In this document: in pieces, positions 27,063-36,055 of the stretch
Position numbering within the stretch: the stretch's first letter is position 1
Layout: every line of letters starts with the position of its first letter
Source of the DNA: Candidatus Krumholzibacteriia bacterium
Lineage (GTDB): Bacteria; Krumholzibacteriota; Krumholzibacteriia; WVZY01
Assembly (NCBI GenBank): GCA_046754105.1
Contig: JBHHVD010000025.1
Span: forward strand, 1 to 37,437
Direction of reading: 5' to 3'
Length of the DNA: 37,437 nt
Position numbers and translations under genes: made by a program
The notes under the pieces: model-generated
Told to the model about the DNA's origin: nothing
Databases searched by the model: none
The model's input: only the letters and a program-made list of their open reading frames with translations

Positions 27063-27206
27063 TCGCCAGCCCGGGTGACGGGGGTGCGGCACGCGATGCC
27101 GTGCCGGGGAATGGCACGATACGCCGGGCCAGGGCGCGATACGTTGCATCCGGGCGCTGGGTGATGTGCGGGGCACCGCGCTGGCCGACGCCGAAGGAGA
27201 CATCGA

Positions 27207-28034
27207 TTGCCGGGACCACCAGTTTCATCGTTCGCAGGGCGCGCCGCAAGGCGCTTTTTTGTCGCCTCCGGCGGGGAACTGCGCGCGGCGGTGGGCGCGG
27301 TGGCGGCCCGAATGGGCCGAGCGGCCCGCGCGATGCCACTGCCGGCGATCGCACTCGGGCTCGTGCTGGCGGACGGCGGGGGCGTGCCGGCGAGGGCGGC
27401 GAAGCCGATCGGCGGCAACCCGGCGGACGAATACGGCGTGCGCATCGCGCGCCTGCACTACGGAGGCGGCGGCGACTGGTACGCCGACCCCTCGTCTATC
27501 CCAAACTGGCTAAACGAGTTCGAAAGACGGACGGGCGTCAAGACCCACGCGGAAGAAAAGGTCGTACGGCCCGCCGACGAGGATCTCCGGGCCTACCCGT
27601 TTCTCTACCTGACGGGCCACGGCACGGTACGGTTTGCGCCCGAGGAGATGGACGCCTTGAGACGGCACCTCGAATCGGGGGGCTTTCTCTATGCGGACGA
27701 CAACTACGGCATGGACAAGTCGTTCCGCCGCTTCGTGCGGCAGCTGTTCCCGGAGGAGGAACTGGCGCCGCTTCCCAATTCCCATCCCATCTACCACGTG
27801 TTCTACGATCTGCCGGGGCTGCCGAAGATCCACGAGCACGACGGCAAACCACCACAGGGACTGGGGGTTACGCTGAACGGTCGCCTGGTGCTCTTCTATA
27901 GCTACGAATCCGATATCGGCGACGGCCTCGAGGATGCCCGTGTCCACAATGACCCGGAAGAGAAGCGGGAACTGGCGATGCGCATGGCTGTAAACATACT
28001 AATGTATGCGATTACCCAAAACGCGCTGCCGTAG
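27207..28034 (+). CDS. DUF4159 domain exported protein
   Basis: IARLHYGGGGDWY, YPFLYLTGHG, LESGGFLYADDNYG, HPIYH, PKIHEHDGKPPQG, ESDIGDGLED, MAVNILMYA; TTG 27207 has an aaggag SD; ATG 27312/27333 are alternatives. Confidence 0.88.
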   Translation: MPGPPVSSFAGRAARRFFVASGGELRAAVGAVAARMGRAARAMPLPAIALGLVLADGGGVPARAAKPIGGNPADEYGVRIARLHYGGGGDWYADPSSIPNWLNEFERRTGVKTHAEEKVVRPADEDLRAYPFLYLTGHGTVRFAPEEMDALRRHLESGGFLYADDNYGMDKSFRRFVRQLFPEEELAPLPNSHPIYHVFYDLPGLPKIHEHDGKPPQGLGVTLNGRLVLFYSYESDIGDGLEDARVHNDPEEKRELAMRMAVNILMYAITQNALP

Positions 28035-28080
28035 GGAGAGGGGCACGTGGGAAACGGGCAGCAATGAAGGGGTCAAGCGT

Positions 28081-31000
28081 ATGTCCCGAAAGAGCGCTTT
28101 CTTCGATATCGAGCTTCGCCGTGAACTGCGAAAGATCTTTTTAAAGACGCTCGCCCTGCGTCTTGCCTCCGGCCTGGTGTCGTTCCTGGCCGTGGCATCG
28201 TGGGTGTTTCTGCTCGTCGTGGTGTGGACGGCTGCCAGCGGCGCGCCGCCCCTGTGGCAAACACTGGCCGTCAGCCGTGGCGCGGCAGGGATTTTCGCGC
28301 TCCTTGCACTCCTCTTCGTCGTCTATCCTCTCCTGCGCGTCCCGCGCGTCGGCAAACTCGCGCTGGCCGTCGAGAGCCGGAAGGACTTCGACGACATCGT
28401 CGCCGCCGGTTACGAATTCTCCAACCGGCGGGATCTCTCCAGCGGCTACTCGCCGGCCCTCGTCCGCGAGGTCATCCGCCGGGCGGTACGCTCGGTCACC
28501 GGGCTCCAGGTACGGTTTCTTTTCCTGAGCCGGAGGCAGCTGGCACTGGTGCCGGTCGCCTACGCCGCGCTCATCGCTCTCATCGTTACCGCGCTCTCGT
28601 CGCCGGCGGTTCTCATCAAGGCCGGCCGCCGTATCGCCGCGCCGCGCGAAGCGGCGGCGGTCGTGCACGACGCCAACCTCTACGCGTCACCGGGCGACGT
28701 TACCGTCCTCTCGGGCGCCGACGTCGAAGTGACGGCGCTCGACTTTGGCGGCTCCGAACAACCGGTGATGCTCTCCTACAACCTCTCGGGGGGGTTCTGG
28801 AAAACCGAGCCCGCGGCCGAGCGCGAGACGCTGAACGAGAACAACGTGGCGATGAAACAGTTCGCCTATACGTTCAAAAATATCCGCAATTCGCTCACCT
28901 ATTACTTCCAGGCCGGTGACAACAAGAGCCCCGAGTACCGGATCACCGTGGTCAACAAGCCCATCGTGACCGAGCTGGCCGTCGTGTTGACGCCGCCGTC
29001 ATACACGGGTGAAGCACCCGACACGCTGGTCGACAGCGGCGGCAACGTGCAGGCGCTCGAAGGCACACACGTGCGCGTGGATGCCCGCGCGAACAACGTC
29101 CTCGAGGCTGCCCAAGTCCAATTCGATGACGAGGACACCCGCCCGGTCGACGTCGCGGGGCGGACGTTCGGGTTCGATTTCACGGCGCTTCGGGATGGTT
29201 CCTACAGCGTTCTCCTCGAAGACGAACGCGGACACGCAACCGACGAGCCCCTGGTGTACGCGATCGAGGTCTACTCGGACAACCCGCCGGGGCTCGACGT
29301 CCTCGAACCTGGCAGCGACGCGACTCTTCCCCGCAACCTCGAGATGAAAGTCAGCTTCATTTGTTCGGACGACTACGGCGTTCAAAAAGCGGATATCTAC
29401 CACCGCAAGGGCGGCAACGGACCGTTCCAGAGGCAACGCGTCGCGCTCGGCGCCGACAAGGGCAAGAGAGATATCGCCGCCGCGCTGACATGGGCGCTGG
29501 GCGACGTGACGTTGTTTCCCGGAGATTTCATCGAATATTTCCTGCAGGTCGAAGACAACAACGTCGTCACCGGCCCGGGTGTCACCAAGAGCCGTATGTT
29601 CCGCATCACCGTTCCCACCATGGCGGAGCTCTACGAGAAGATCGAGGAGGAGGACGGCAACCGTTCCGACCTGTTCCAGGAAGCGTTGAAAGAGAGCAAG
29701 GACCTCAAGGAGCGGGTGGAAAAGCTTTCCCGCGAGTTCAAGAAAACCGAAAAGCTGGACTGGACGCAGCAAAAGGAAATAGACAAGACGATGGCGTCGC
29801 AGGAGAAGATCCAGGAAAAACTCGAGGACATCCAGCAGTCGCTCGACGAAACCCTGGAATCGCTGTCCGACAACAAGATGACCTCGCAGGAAATAGGGGA
29901 GAAGCTCGAAGAAATCAACCGGCTGATGGAGGAGATCAACGACCAGTCGTTGAACAAGTACATGGACGAGCTTCGCAAAGCCATGGAGAAGCTCGACGCC
30001 AAGGACATCCAGGAGGCACTGGAGAACCTGGAGCTGTCGGCCGAAGACCTCCTCAAGAGCCTCGAGCGAACCGAAGCCCTGCTCAAGGAGATCCAGAAGG
30101 AACAGGAGATGGAAGAGCTGGTTCGCAAGAGCAAGGACCTGATGGACGCGCAGGAGGAGCTGAACGACAAGACCTCGGAGACGGACGCCGGTGACCGTGA
30201 AGATATGCAAAACCTCGCCGAAGAACAGGAGGCACTGTCCAAGGACGCGAAGGAACTCGAGGGCGATCTCGAGGATTTCGCCGGCGAGCTCAGCGAAGAA
30301 CTCGACGACCCCGAGATGTCGGAGCAGATGCAGGAGACGGCGGACGAGTTCTCCGAGCGCGACCCCTCACAGAAGATGCAGGACGCCTCGGACCAGCTTC
30401 AAGGGCAGCAGAAGCAAAACGCGGCCCAGAACCAGCAAGAGGCGATGAGCGACCTGATCGCACTCTTCACACGCGTCGTCGAAATGCAGGCGGGCATGCA
30501 GAACTCCTCTCAGCAGCGGAGCTCGGAAAACCTGCAGCGCCTGGCCCGGAGCACGCTCGATATTTCCTTCAAACAAGAAAATCTCACGGAGCGGCTGAGG
30601 GAACAAGCGTCGACGTCGGATGCGGCGGGTATCCGCGCGCTGGCCGAGGAGCAGCTGACATACGTAAAAGCCATCAGCCAGGTGGCCGACGAGCTGGACG
30701 AGATCTCCAAGAAAACACTGAACGTGCCCCAGTCGCTCCTGAAAATGCTCGGGGGGACGATCAACCGTATGCAAAGCTCCATGGTTTTCCTCGAGCAGAA
30801 CAAGGCGTTCATGTCGACGACAAGCGCTTCGCAGGCGATCACCAGTCTCAACCAGATTACCATCGCCCTGCTCAGCGCCGCCCGCCAGTGTTCATCCGGC
30901 GGCGGGTCGGGATCGCCGCAGCCGATGTCGGCCATGCAGCAGCTCCTGCAGGGACAAAAGCAAATGCTGCAGGATTCCAAGGCCATGGCGGCGATGCGCG

Positions 31001-31476
31001 CCGCGCAGGAAAAGCTCCTGCAAGAACGGCAAGCCGCCATGCAGCGGCTGGCCGGTGAGCAGCGTTCGCTGCGGCAAATGGCCGAGAACATCCAGAAGGA
31101 CGGTAAACAAGGCGACCGCCCGCTCGGGCGCATGGACAAGATTATCGAGGAGATGCAGGAGGTCATCCGTGACCTCGAAGGTGGAGTGCTGGACGAGCAA
31201 ACGCTGCGCAACCAGGAAAGGATCCTCAGCCGTATGCTCGATGCGCAGCGCTCGGTGCACTCGCGTGACTACGAAAAGAAGCGGCTGAGCACCGCGGCCG
31301 GGGACCTGTTCTCGAGCGTACCCGACGGTGCCGATTCCCGGCGCGCGTCACAAATGTTGCGCGAGGAGATCCGGCGCGCGATGGCGCTGAAGGCGCCGGG
31401 GGAATTCGAGGAACTGATCCGTCTGTATTTCCGGGCACTGGCCGAAGAGGCCCCGGTGGACCGTGGCGGCGAGTGA
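28081..31476 (+). CDS. DUF4175-like membrane protein (TM helices, Ig-like beta domains, long Q/E-rich helical region)
   Basis: N-terminal TM helices; PPSYTGE, DNPP, DDYGV, DNNVVTGP; extensive coiled coil; RILSRMLDAQRS and C-terminal PGEFEELIRLYFRAL. Confidence 0.85.
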   Translation: MSRKSAFFDIELRRELRKIFLKTLALRLASGLVSFLAVASWVFLLVVVWTAASGAPPLWQTLAVSRGAAGIFALLALLFVVYPLLRVPRVGKLALAVESRKDFDDIVAAGYEFSNRRDLSSGYSPALVREVIRRAVRSVTGLQVRFLFLSRRQLALVPVAYAALIALIVTALSSPAVLIKAGRRIAAPREAAAVVHDANLYASPGDVTVLSGADVEVTALDFGGSEQPVMLSYNLSGGFWKTEPAAERETLNENNVAMKQFAYTFKNIRNSLTYYFQAGDNKSPEYRITVVNKPIVTELAVVLTPPSYTGEAPDTLVDSGGNVQALEGTHVRVDARANNVLEAAQVQFDDEDTRPVDVAGRTFGFDFTALRDGSYSVLLEDERGHATDEPLVYAIEVYSDNPPGLDVLEPGSDATLPRNLEMKVSFICSDDYGVQKADIYHRKGGNGPFQRQRVALGADKGKRDIAAALTWALGDVTLFPGDFIEYFLQVEDNNVVTGPGVTKSRMFRITVPTMAELYEKIEEEDGNRSDLFQEALKESKDLKERVEKLSREFKKTEKLDWTQQKEIDKTMASQEKIQEKLEDIQQSLDETLESLSDNKMTSQEIGEKLEEINRLMEEINDQSLNKYMDELRKAMEKLDAKDIQEALENLELSAEDLLKSLERTEALLKEIQKEQEMEELVRKSKDLMDAQEELNDKTSETDAGDREDMQNLAEEQEALSKDAKELEGDLEDFAGELSEELDDPEMSEQMQETADEFSERDPSQKMQDASDQLQGQQKQNAAQNQQEAMSDLIALFTRVVEMQAGMQNSSQQRSSENLQRLARSTLDISFKQENLTERLREQASTSDAAGIRALAEEQLTYVKAISQVADELDEISKKTLNVPQSLLKMLGGTINRMQSSMVFLEQNKAFMSTTSASQAITSLNQITIALLSAARQCSSGGGSGSPQPMSAMQQLLQGQKQMLQDSKAMAAMRAAQEKLLQERQAAMQRLAGEQRSLRQMAENIQKDGKQGDRPLGRMDKIIEEMQEVIRDLEGGVLDEQTLRNQERILSRMLDAQRSVHSRDYEKKRLSTAAGDLFSSVPDGADSRRASQMLREEIRRAMALKAPGEFEELIRLYFRALAEEAPVDRGGE

Positions 31477-31482
31477 ACCGAC

Positions 31483-33402
31483 TTGGAGAAACGACACCGC
31501 ATACGTTTTGCCGTCCTTGCCAGCCTGCTCGGGCTGGCCGCTGTGGGTAGTATGACGGGTATTACGACCCGCCCGGCCCGCGCGCAGACGCCGGCCGAAC
31601 TCAACCGTGATGTTCGCACGGACCTCGGTTCCGCGTTGCGCGTCGTCCGGCCGCTGGTGCGCGACGACCCCGCGCGCGCGGCGGGGATGCTACGAAAACT
31701 GCGCGCCGAATACCCCGGACACACACGCATATACATACTTCTCGGAGAAACGTACCAGGTGATGGGTCTGGTCGATTCGGCGAAGGTCGCCTACGAGACC
31801 TGCCTGCGTCTCCAGCCCACGAACCTGCGGGCCGGCGCCTCGCTCGGTGTGCTCTATATCCGCAGCGGCGATCGCGGCGGGGGCGATACGGTCTTTCGCA
31901 ATCTCCTCGACGGCACCGATCACAGCGTGAACACGTACCGGACCATCGGCAACACGCTGAGCCGGCACGGGTTCTACGACCTCGCGATGGTCATGTACCG
32001 GGACGGGAGAGAGCGTAACGAAGACAACTATGTTCTGACACTCGACATCGCCTACCTCGAGCGCACGATGGGCAACTACGAGGCGTCGCTCCGCGAGTAC
32101 CTGCATCTCATCGAGACCGCGCCGAGGCAGCACCGGCTCGCCCAGACGAAGATCATGGAGCTACTCAGGGAACAGGACAACGACAACCTGATCCGCATCC
32201 TGAAAAGGGACGCCGACCGGCCGGCGCCGCATCGCAAGCTGATCTTCGCCGTCCTGGCGATCGCCTACCTGGAGCGCGGCGCACTCGAGAACGCCCTCGA
32301 AATGGCGCTGCGCGCCGACGAGCCCGAGACCTCCGACGGCGCCGTGCTGCTCAACCTGGCCGATCGCGCGGTGGCCGAGTACGAGAGCCGCGCGTCCGGC
32401 GGGAACGCGCGCTTCTTCAATCTGGGGCTGCGGGCGACCGAGGCGTTTCTCGACCGGCACGCGTCTTCGCCGCAGGTACCGCGCGCCAAGCTGATGCTGG
32501 TCGACCTGCTGGTCGACGCGGCGGCAGGCACGGTGGACGGGCCGCCGGTCATGCCCGTGGAAACGGCGATGCTCAGGGCGCTGAACGCACTGGACTGGGT
32601 GATGACCTCGTACCCCGGTTCCGAGCAGGCCGAGCAGGCGTATCTCAAGAAGGGGGACGCCGTGCTGCGGCTTCGCAAGGATCCACGCGCAGCGATCGAG
32701 ATTTACAAGGAGGGAATGGCGAAGGCCCGCGTATACCCGTCGAAGTTCGCCGAGCGCCTGGGCCGGGCGTACCTGATCGTCGAGGAATACGACGAGGCAA
32801 GAAAGCACTTCGAGCGCCTGGTTCACTCGACGACCCGTGAGCTCCAAGAGGCGGGGGTGTTCTACAGCGGTCTCCTGCTCGGGTTCACGCGCGAATACGA
32901 GGCGGCGCGGGACACCTTGACCGCCCTGGCGGAGGGCAACCCGTCGTCGGCGTATACGAACGACGCGATCGAATTCGCGTGGGTGATCGAGGAGGGACTT
33001 CACGGCGATCAGCGGATCCTGCACGCGTACACAAGCGCGCTCGAGGCGGAGATCGCAAGCGACACCACGGCGGTGGTCGAGCAGCTGGCAGCCATCGTGG
33101 CGCTGCCCACCGAGACCCCGCTGCGCGCGCGGGCCTTGTTCAAGCTGGGTGAGACGTACCAGGGAATGAAGGAATACGACGCGGCCGTGGCTCGGTACGA
33201 GGCGTTCGTCAGCGAGTATCCCACGAGCACGCTGCTGCCCGACGCGCGCCGCCGCATCGCGCAGATCTACGAGCACGGCTACGGCAAGGCGACGCTCGCG
33301 CTCGAGACCTATGAAGATATCCTCATCACCTATCCACACTATATCTTTCTCGACGAAGTGCGAAAGAACGTAACGCGAATCAGGGGGTTGCTCAGAGAAT
33401 GA
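31483..33402 (+). CDS. Exported tetratricopeptide repeat protein
   Basis: Signal peptide (..PARAQ), repeated LG.TY..G..D.A...YE-type and ALFKLGETY..AV..YE.FV.EYP motifs. Confidence 0.87.
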   Translation: MEKRHRIRFAVLASLLGLAAVGSMTGITTRPARAQTPAELNRDVRTDLGSALRVVRPLVRDDPARAAGMLRKLRAEYPGHTRIYILLGETYQVMGLVDSAKVAYETCLRLQPTNLRAGASLGVLYIRSGDRGGGDTVFRNLLDGTDHSVNTYRTIGNTLSRHGFYDLAMVMYRDGRERNEDNYVLTLDIAYLERTMGNYEASLREYLHLIETAPRQHRLAQTKIMELLREQDNDNLIRILKRDADRPAPHRKLIFAVLAIAYLERGALENALEMALRADEPETSDGAVLLNLADRAVAEYESRASGGNARFFNLGLRATEAFLDRHASSPQVPRAKLMLVDLLVDAAAGTVDGPPVMPVETAMLRALNALDWVMTSYPGSEQAEQAYLKKGDAVLRLRKDPRAAIEIYKEGMAKARVYPSKFAERLGRAYLIVEEYDEARKHFERLVHSTTRELQEAGVFYSGLLLGFTREYEAARDTLTALAEGNPSSAYTNDAIEFAWVIEEGLHGDQRILHAYTSALEAEIASDTTAVVEQLAAIVALPTETPLRARALFKLGETYQGMKEYDAAVARYEAFVSEYPTSTLLPDARRRIAQIYEHGYGKATLALETYEDILITYPHYIFLDEVRKNVTRIRGLLRE

Positions 33403-34679
33403 TGCGTGTCTCGAAGACAATAAGGCGCCTGACTATCCTTACGTCGCTGGCCGTGTGCGCGCTGGTGTCGCCGGGACGGGCTGCATCATTGCTGGTGCCG
33501 ATGGACCTTACCCAGACCAACCACCTCAAGGCCTACGGGCTGGCGTTCCACGCGCTGCAGCAGGGGCACGTCGTCCACTGGCTCCTCAACTACAGGGGCG
33601 GCAGCTTCGTAATACCGGTAAGCGAGAAAATCGTGCTCGAGGCGCGGCTCAAGAACGTGTCTTTCTCTGAGATCGGCGGATCGCAGCTCGCCGTTATCTA
33701 TAACGAGATCGAGAGCGAGAACATGGAACTCGTCATCCTCGAGAAGGCACCGAAAGTCGCCGTTTATACGCCACCAAACAAGCAGCCGTGGGATGATGCG
33801 GTAACGCTCGCCCTGACCTACGCGGACATCCCCTTCGACAAGGTCTTCGACGCTGAAGTCCTGGCCGGGACACTCCCCGACTACGACTGGCTGCACCTGC
33901 ACCACGAAGATTTCACGGGGCAGTACGGCAAGTTCTACGGCGCCTACCAGCACGCCGAGTGGTACCGCACGCAAAAGATCCAGTCGGAGGCGCTTGCGCA
34001 CAAGTTGGGATTCGCCAAAGTTACCGAGGCCAAGAAGGCCGTTGCGGAACGGATCCGCGAGTACGTGCTCAACGGGGGTTTTCTCTTCGCCATGTGTTCC
34101 GCGTGCGACACAGTGGATATCGCGCTTTCGGCTCATGGCATCGACATCGTAACGAAAGAATACGATCACGACAGCACGACGCCGGGATTCCAGGACAAAC
34201 TCGACTACGATCGTTGTTTCGCGTTTACCGGTTTTCGCCTCATTTCCAACCCGCTGGTGTACGAGTTTTCCAACATCGATACGAGCGACTACGCGAAGGC
34301 TAGGAGCAGCGAGGCGGACTATTTTGCGCTCTTCGAATTTTCCGCGAAATACGACCCGGTTCCGTCGATGCTGACCCAGAACCACGTCAACGTCGTCAAG
34401 GGCTTCCTCGGCCAGACCACAGGTTTTAAAAAGGCTCTTGTGAAGCGGAGCGTAGTCGTGCTCGGTGAAGATCCCGCGCACACCGAAGTAAAGTACGTTC
34501 ACGGCAACCTCGGCATGGGGACGTTTACCTTTCTTGGTGGGCACGACCCGGAAGATTACCAGCACGCCGTGGGCGATCCTCCGACCGACCTCGCCCTGCA
34601 CGTCAACTCCCCCGGCTACCGCCTGATCCTCAATAACGTCCTGTTCCCGGCGGCCAAGAAAAAGAAAATGAAGACGTAA
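33399..34679 (+). CDS. Conserved exported protein with class I glutamine-amidotransferase-like motifs (family often labelled 'asparagine synthetase B' in Bacteroidetes)
   Basis: Signal peptide; QTNHLKAYG, WLLNYRGGSF, QPWDDAVTLALTYA, YDWLHLHHEDFTGQYGKFY, GGFLFAMCSA, GGHDPEDYQH, SPGYRLILNNVLFPAA; ATG overlaps the TPR stop. Confidence 0.85.
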   Translation: MMRVSKTIRRLTILTSLAVCALVSPGRAASLLVPMDLTQTNHLKAYGLAFHALQQGHVVHWLLNYRGGSFVIPVSEKIVLEARLKNVSFSEIGGSQLAVIYNEIESENMELVILEKAPKVAVYTPPNKQPWDDAVTLALTYADIPFDKVFDAEVLAGTLPDYDWLHLHHEDFTGQYGKFYGAYQHAEWYRTQKIQSEALAHKLGFAKVTEAKKAVAERIREYVLNGGFLFAMCSACDTVDIALSAHGIDIVTKEYDHDSTTPGFQDKLDYDRCFAFTGFRLISNPLVYEFSNIDTSDYAKARSSEADYFALFEFSAKYDPVPSMLTQNHVNVVKGFLGQTTGFKKALVKRSVVVLGEDPAHTEVKYVHGNLGMGTFTFLGGHDPEDYQHAVGDPPTDLALHVNSPGYRLILNNVLFPAAKKKKMKT

Positions 34680-34709
34680 CGGCTCGTTATTTCGCTGTCG
34701 ATAAAGCGC

Positions 34710-34774
34710 TTGACACCTTGTCTATCCTGGACAATAATGAATGTTAATCATCGTGCCATCGCTCTCACGATGAT
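34710..34774 (+). promoter_or_regulatory. Sigma70-type promoter with spacer palindrome and 5' hairpin
   Basis: TTGACA (34710-34715), 17 bp, AATAAT (34733-34738); ttgtc-N7-gacaa (34718-34734); atcatcgtg-N10-cacgatgat (34747-34774). Confidence 0.6.
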
Positions 34775-34879
34775 AGATTCGCCGTGGGACGGTGACGGGG
34801 GTTGGCGCGGAGGTAGATGACAGGTCTGAATCAGGGTGACGGAGGTGAAGACATCGGACGAGAGCGTCCGGTACGTGCT

Positions 34880-35074
34880 ATGGACTCAAAAGATTTCACG
34901 GAGTGTTTGAAGTGCAAGAACGGTGTGCTGCTGCCCCTGTCGGATTACGGTCGTGATGGAGCACCGATCATGTACAAAGCGTGGGTGTGCAACAATCCCG
35001 AATGCGGGTTCAACATCCGTATTGACAATGGAGAAATAAGTTTGGGCAGGGACATCAGTACTTCGGTGAAATAA
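34880..35074 (+). CDS. Small CxxC/Cx4C zinc-ribbon protein of unknown function
   Basis: MDSKDFTECLKCKNGVLLPLSDYG..YKAWVCNNPECGFNIRIDNGEI; start 34880 preferred, in-frame ATG 34817 is an alternative. Confidence 0.78.
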   Translation: MDSKDFTECLKCKNGVLLPLSDYGRDGAPIMYKAWVCNNPECGFNIRIDNGEISLGRDISTSVK

Positions 35075-35075
35075 C

Positions 35076-35930
35076 TTATTTCCACTCCGGACTGTCCGAG
35101 GGTAAACCGGGAGTTTCCATTACACTGGAAACTCCCCTTTTTATTTCCCGCAGCAGGATGGTGGTGACGGCGACGGAGACCGGGAGCATCCACCACTCCC
35201 GCATGTAGAAGGGGGGTGTTTCCAGCGCCTCTTCGGGGAGCAGGGTCAGCTGCAAGAAAGCTACCGCGTTCAAGACTCCGTGGCCGAGGATCGCGTAGGA
35301 GAGATTCGAGGTGAGGTGAAACACGATACCCAAAAAGATGCCGAAACAGACCAGGCCTGCAAGCAGCTGCGGATTGAGGTGCATTACGCCAAAGAAAACA
35401 CCGGCCAGAATAACGGCCAGCGCGCTGTTCATGTTGCGGCGGAAGATCTCCTGAACCACCCCGCGGAACACGACCTCCTCGGCAAACGGCACCACGACGC
35501 ACAGGCCCAGGAAGGTCACGACGGCCCCCAACGCCGACGTGGGTCTGTACTGCTTGAGGGTCTCGTTATACGCCTCGGGCGGTGGCATGAATCTCTGGCT
35601 CGTCACGTACAGGTGGGAGACGACGACCACCATGGCCAGAGTCGCGAGTGTTACGTACAGCGCGATCCTCGGGCGCGGCCTGCCGATGCGGAATTGCCTT
35701 CGGAAACCGGCGGGGAACCGTCTCGTGACAAGGTAGATCGGAAGCAGGATGCCAAGCGCCGGCGCCACGCTGATCGCGATCTGGAACTGGCCGAACATGA
35801 TAAAGACTTCCTGGACAAAAAGGCTGCCGAGGATGCAGCTCAAGCCAAAAAGCAGAAGGAAATAATGGTTAAAGAACGCGAATATGTCGGGCGGTGTTAA
35901 ATCATAGTTGCGCCCGGGCGTGTCTTCCAT
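35076..35930 (-). CDS. CPBP family intramembrane metalloprotease (CAAX/Abi)
   Basis: PFAEEVVFRG, FFGVMH, HGVLN motifs in a polytopic membrane protein. Confidence 0.92.
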   Translation of the reverse strand: MEDTPGRNYDLTPPDIFAFFNHYFLLLFGLSCILGSLFVQEVFIMFGQFQIAISVAPALGILLPIYLVTRRFPAGFRRQFRIGRPRPRIALYVTLATLAMVVVVSHLYVTSQRFMPPPEAYNETLKQYRPTSALGAVVTFLGLCVVVPFAEEVVFRGVVQEIFRRNMNSALAVILAGVFFGVMHLNPQLLAGLVCFGIFLGIVFHLTSNLSYAILGHGVLNAVAFLQLTLLPEEALETPPFYMREWWMLPVSVAVTTILLREIKRGVSSVMETPGLPSDSPEWK

Positions 35931-36055
35931 TAGTCTCTCTCCGTGCCGCCGAAGGGGAATCGCGCCCGATAGCCGGGAAAAAGGCGCCGTGTGACGAACA
36001 AATCAGCCCTCCCATCTTACGTCAAACGCGACAGGTATCCAATCACTAGTTCACC

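Noticed and set aside
27112..27147. tggcacgatacg and gggcgcgatacgttgc as sigma54 promoters
   Set aside because: The first has no -12 TTGC; the second is off by one in spacing
27246..27266. AARRFFV as a Tat signal in the DUF4159 protein
   Set aside because: Depends on the uncertain TTG 27207 start, and the hydrophobic segment is too far downstream
29640..31260. Repetitive Q/E/K-rich coding region as a DNA repeat array or SMC-like ATPase
   Set aside because: Coiled-coil composition only; no exact DNA repeats or Walker motifs seen
35076..35930. Abi-family protease as an anti-phage system
   Set aside because: CPBP/CAAX proteases are common membrane proteases and there is no defence-island context
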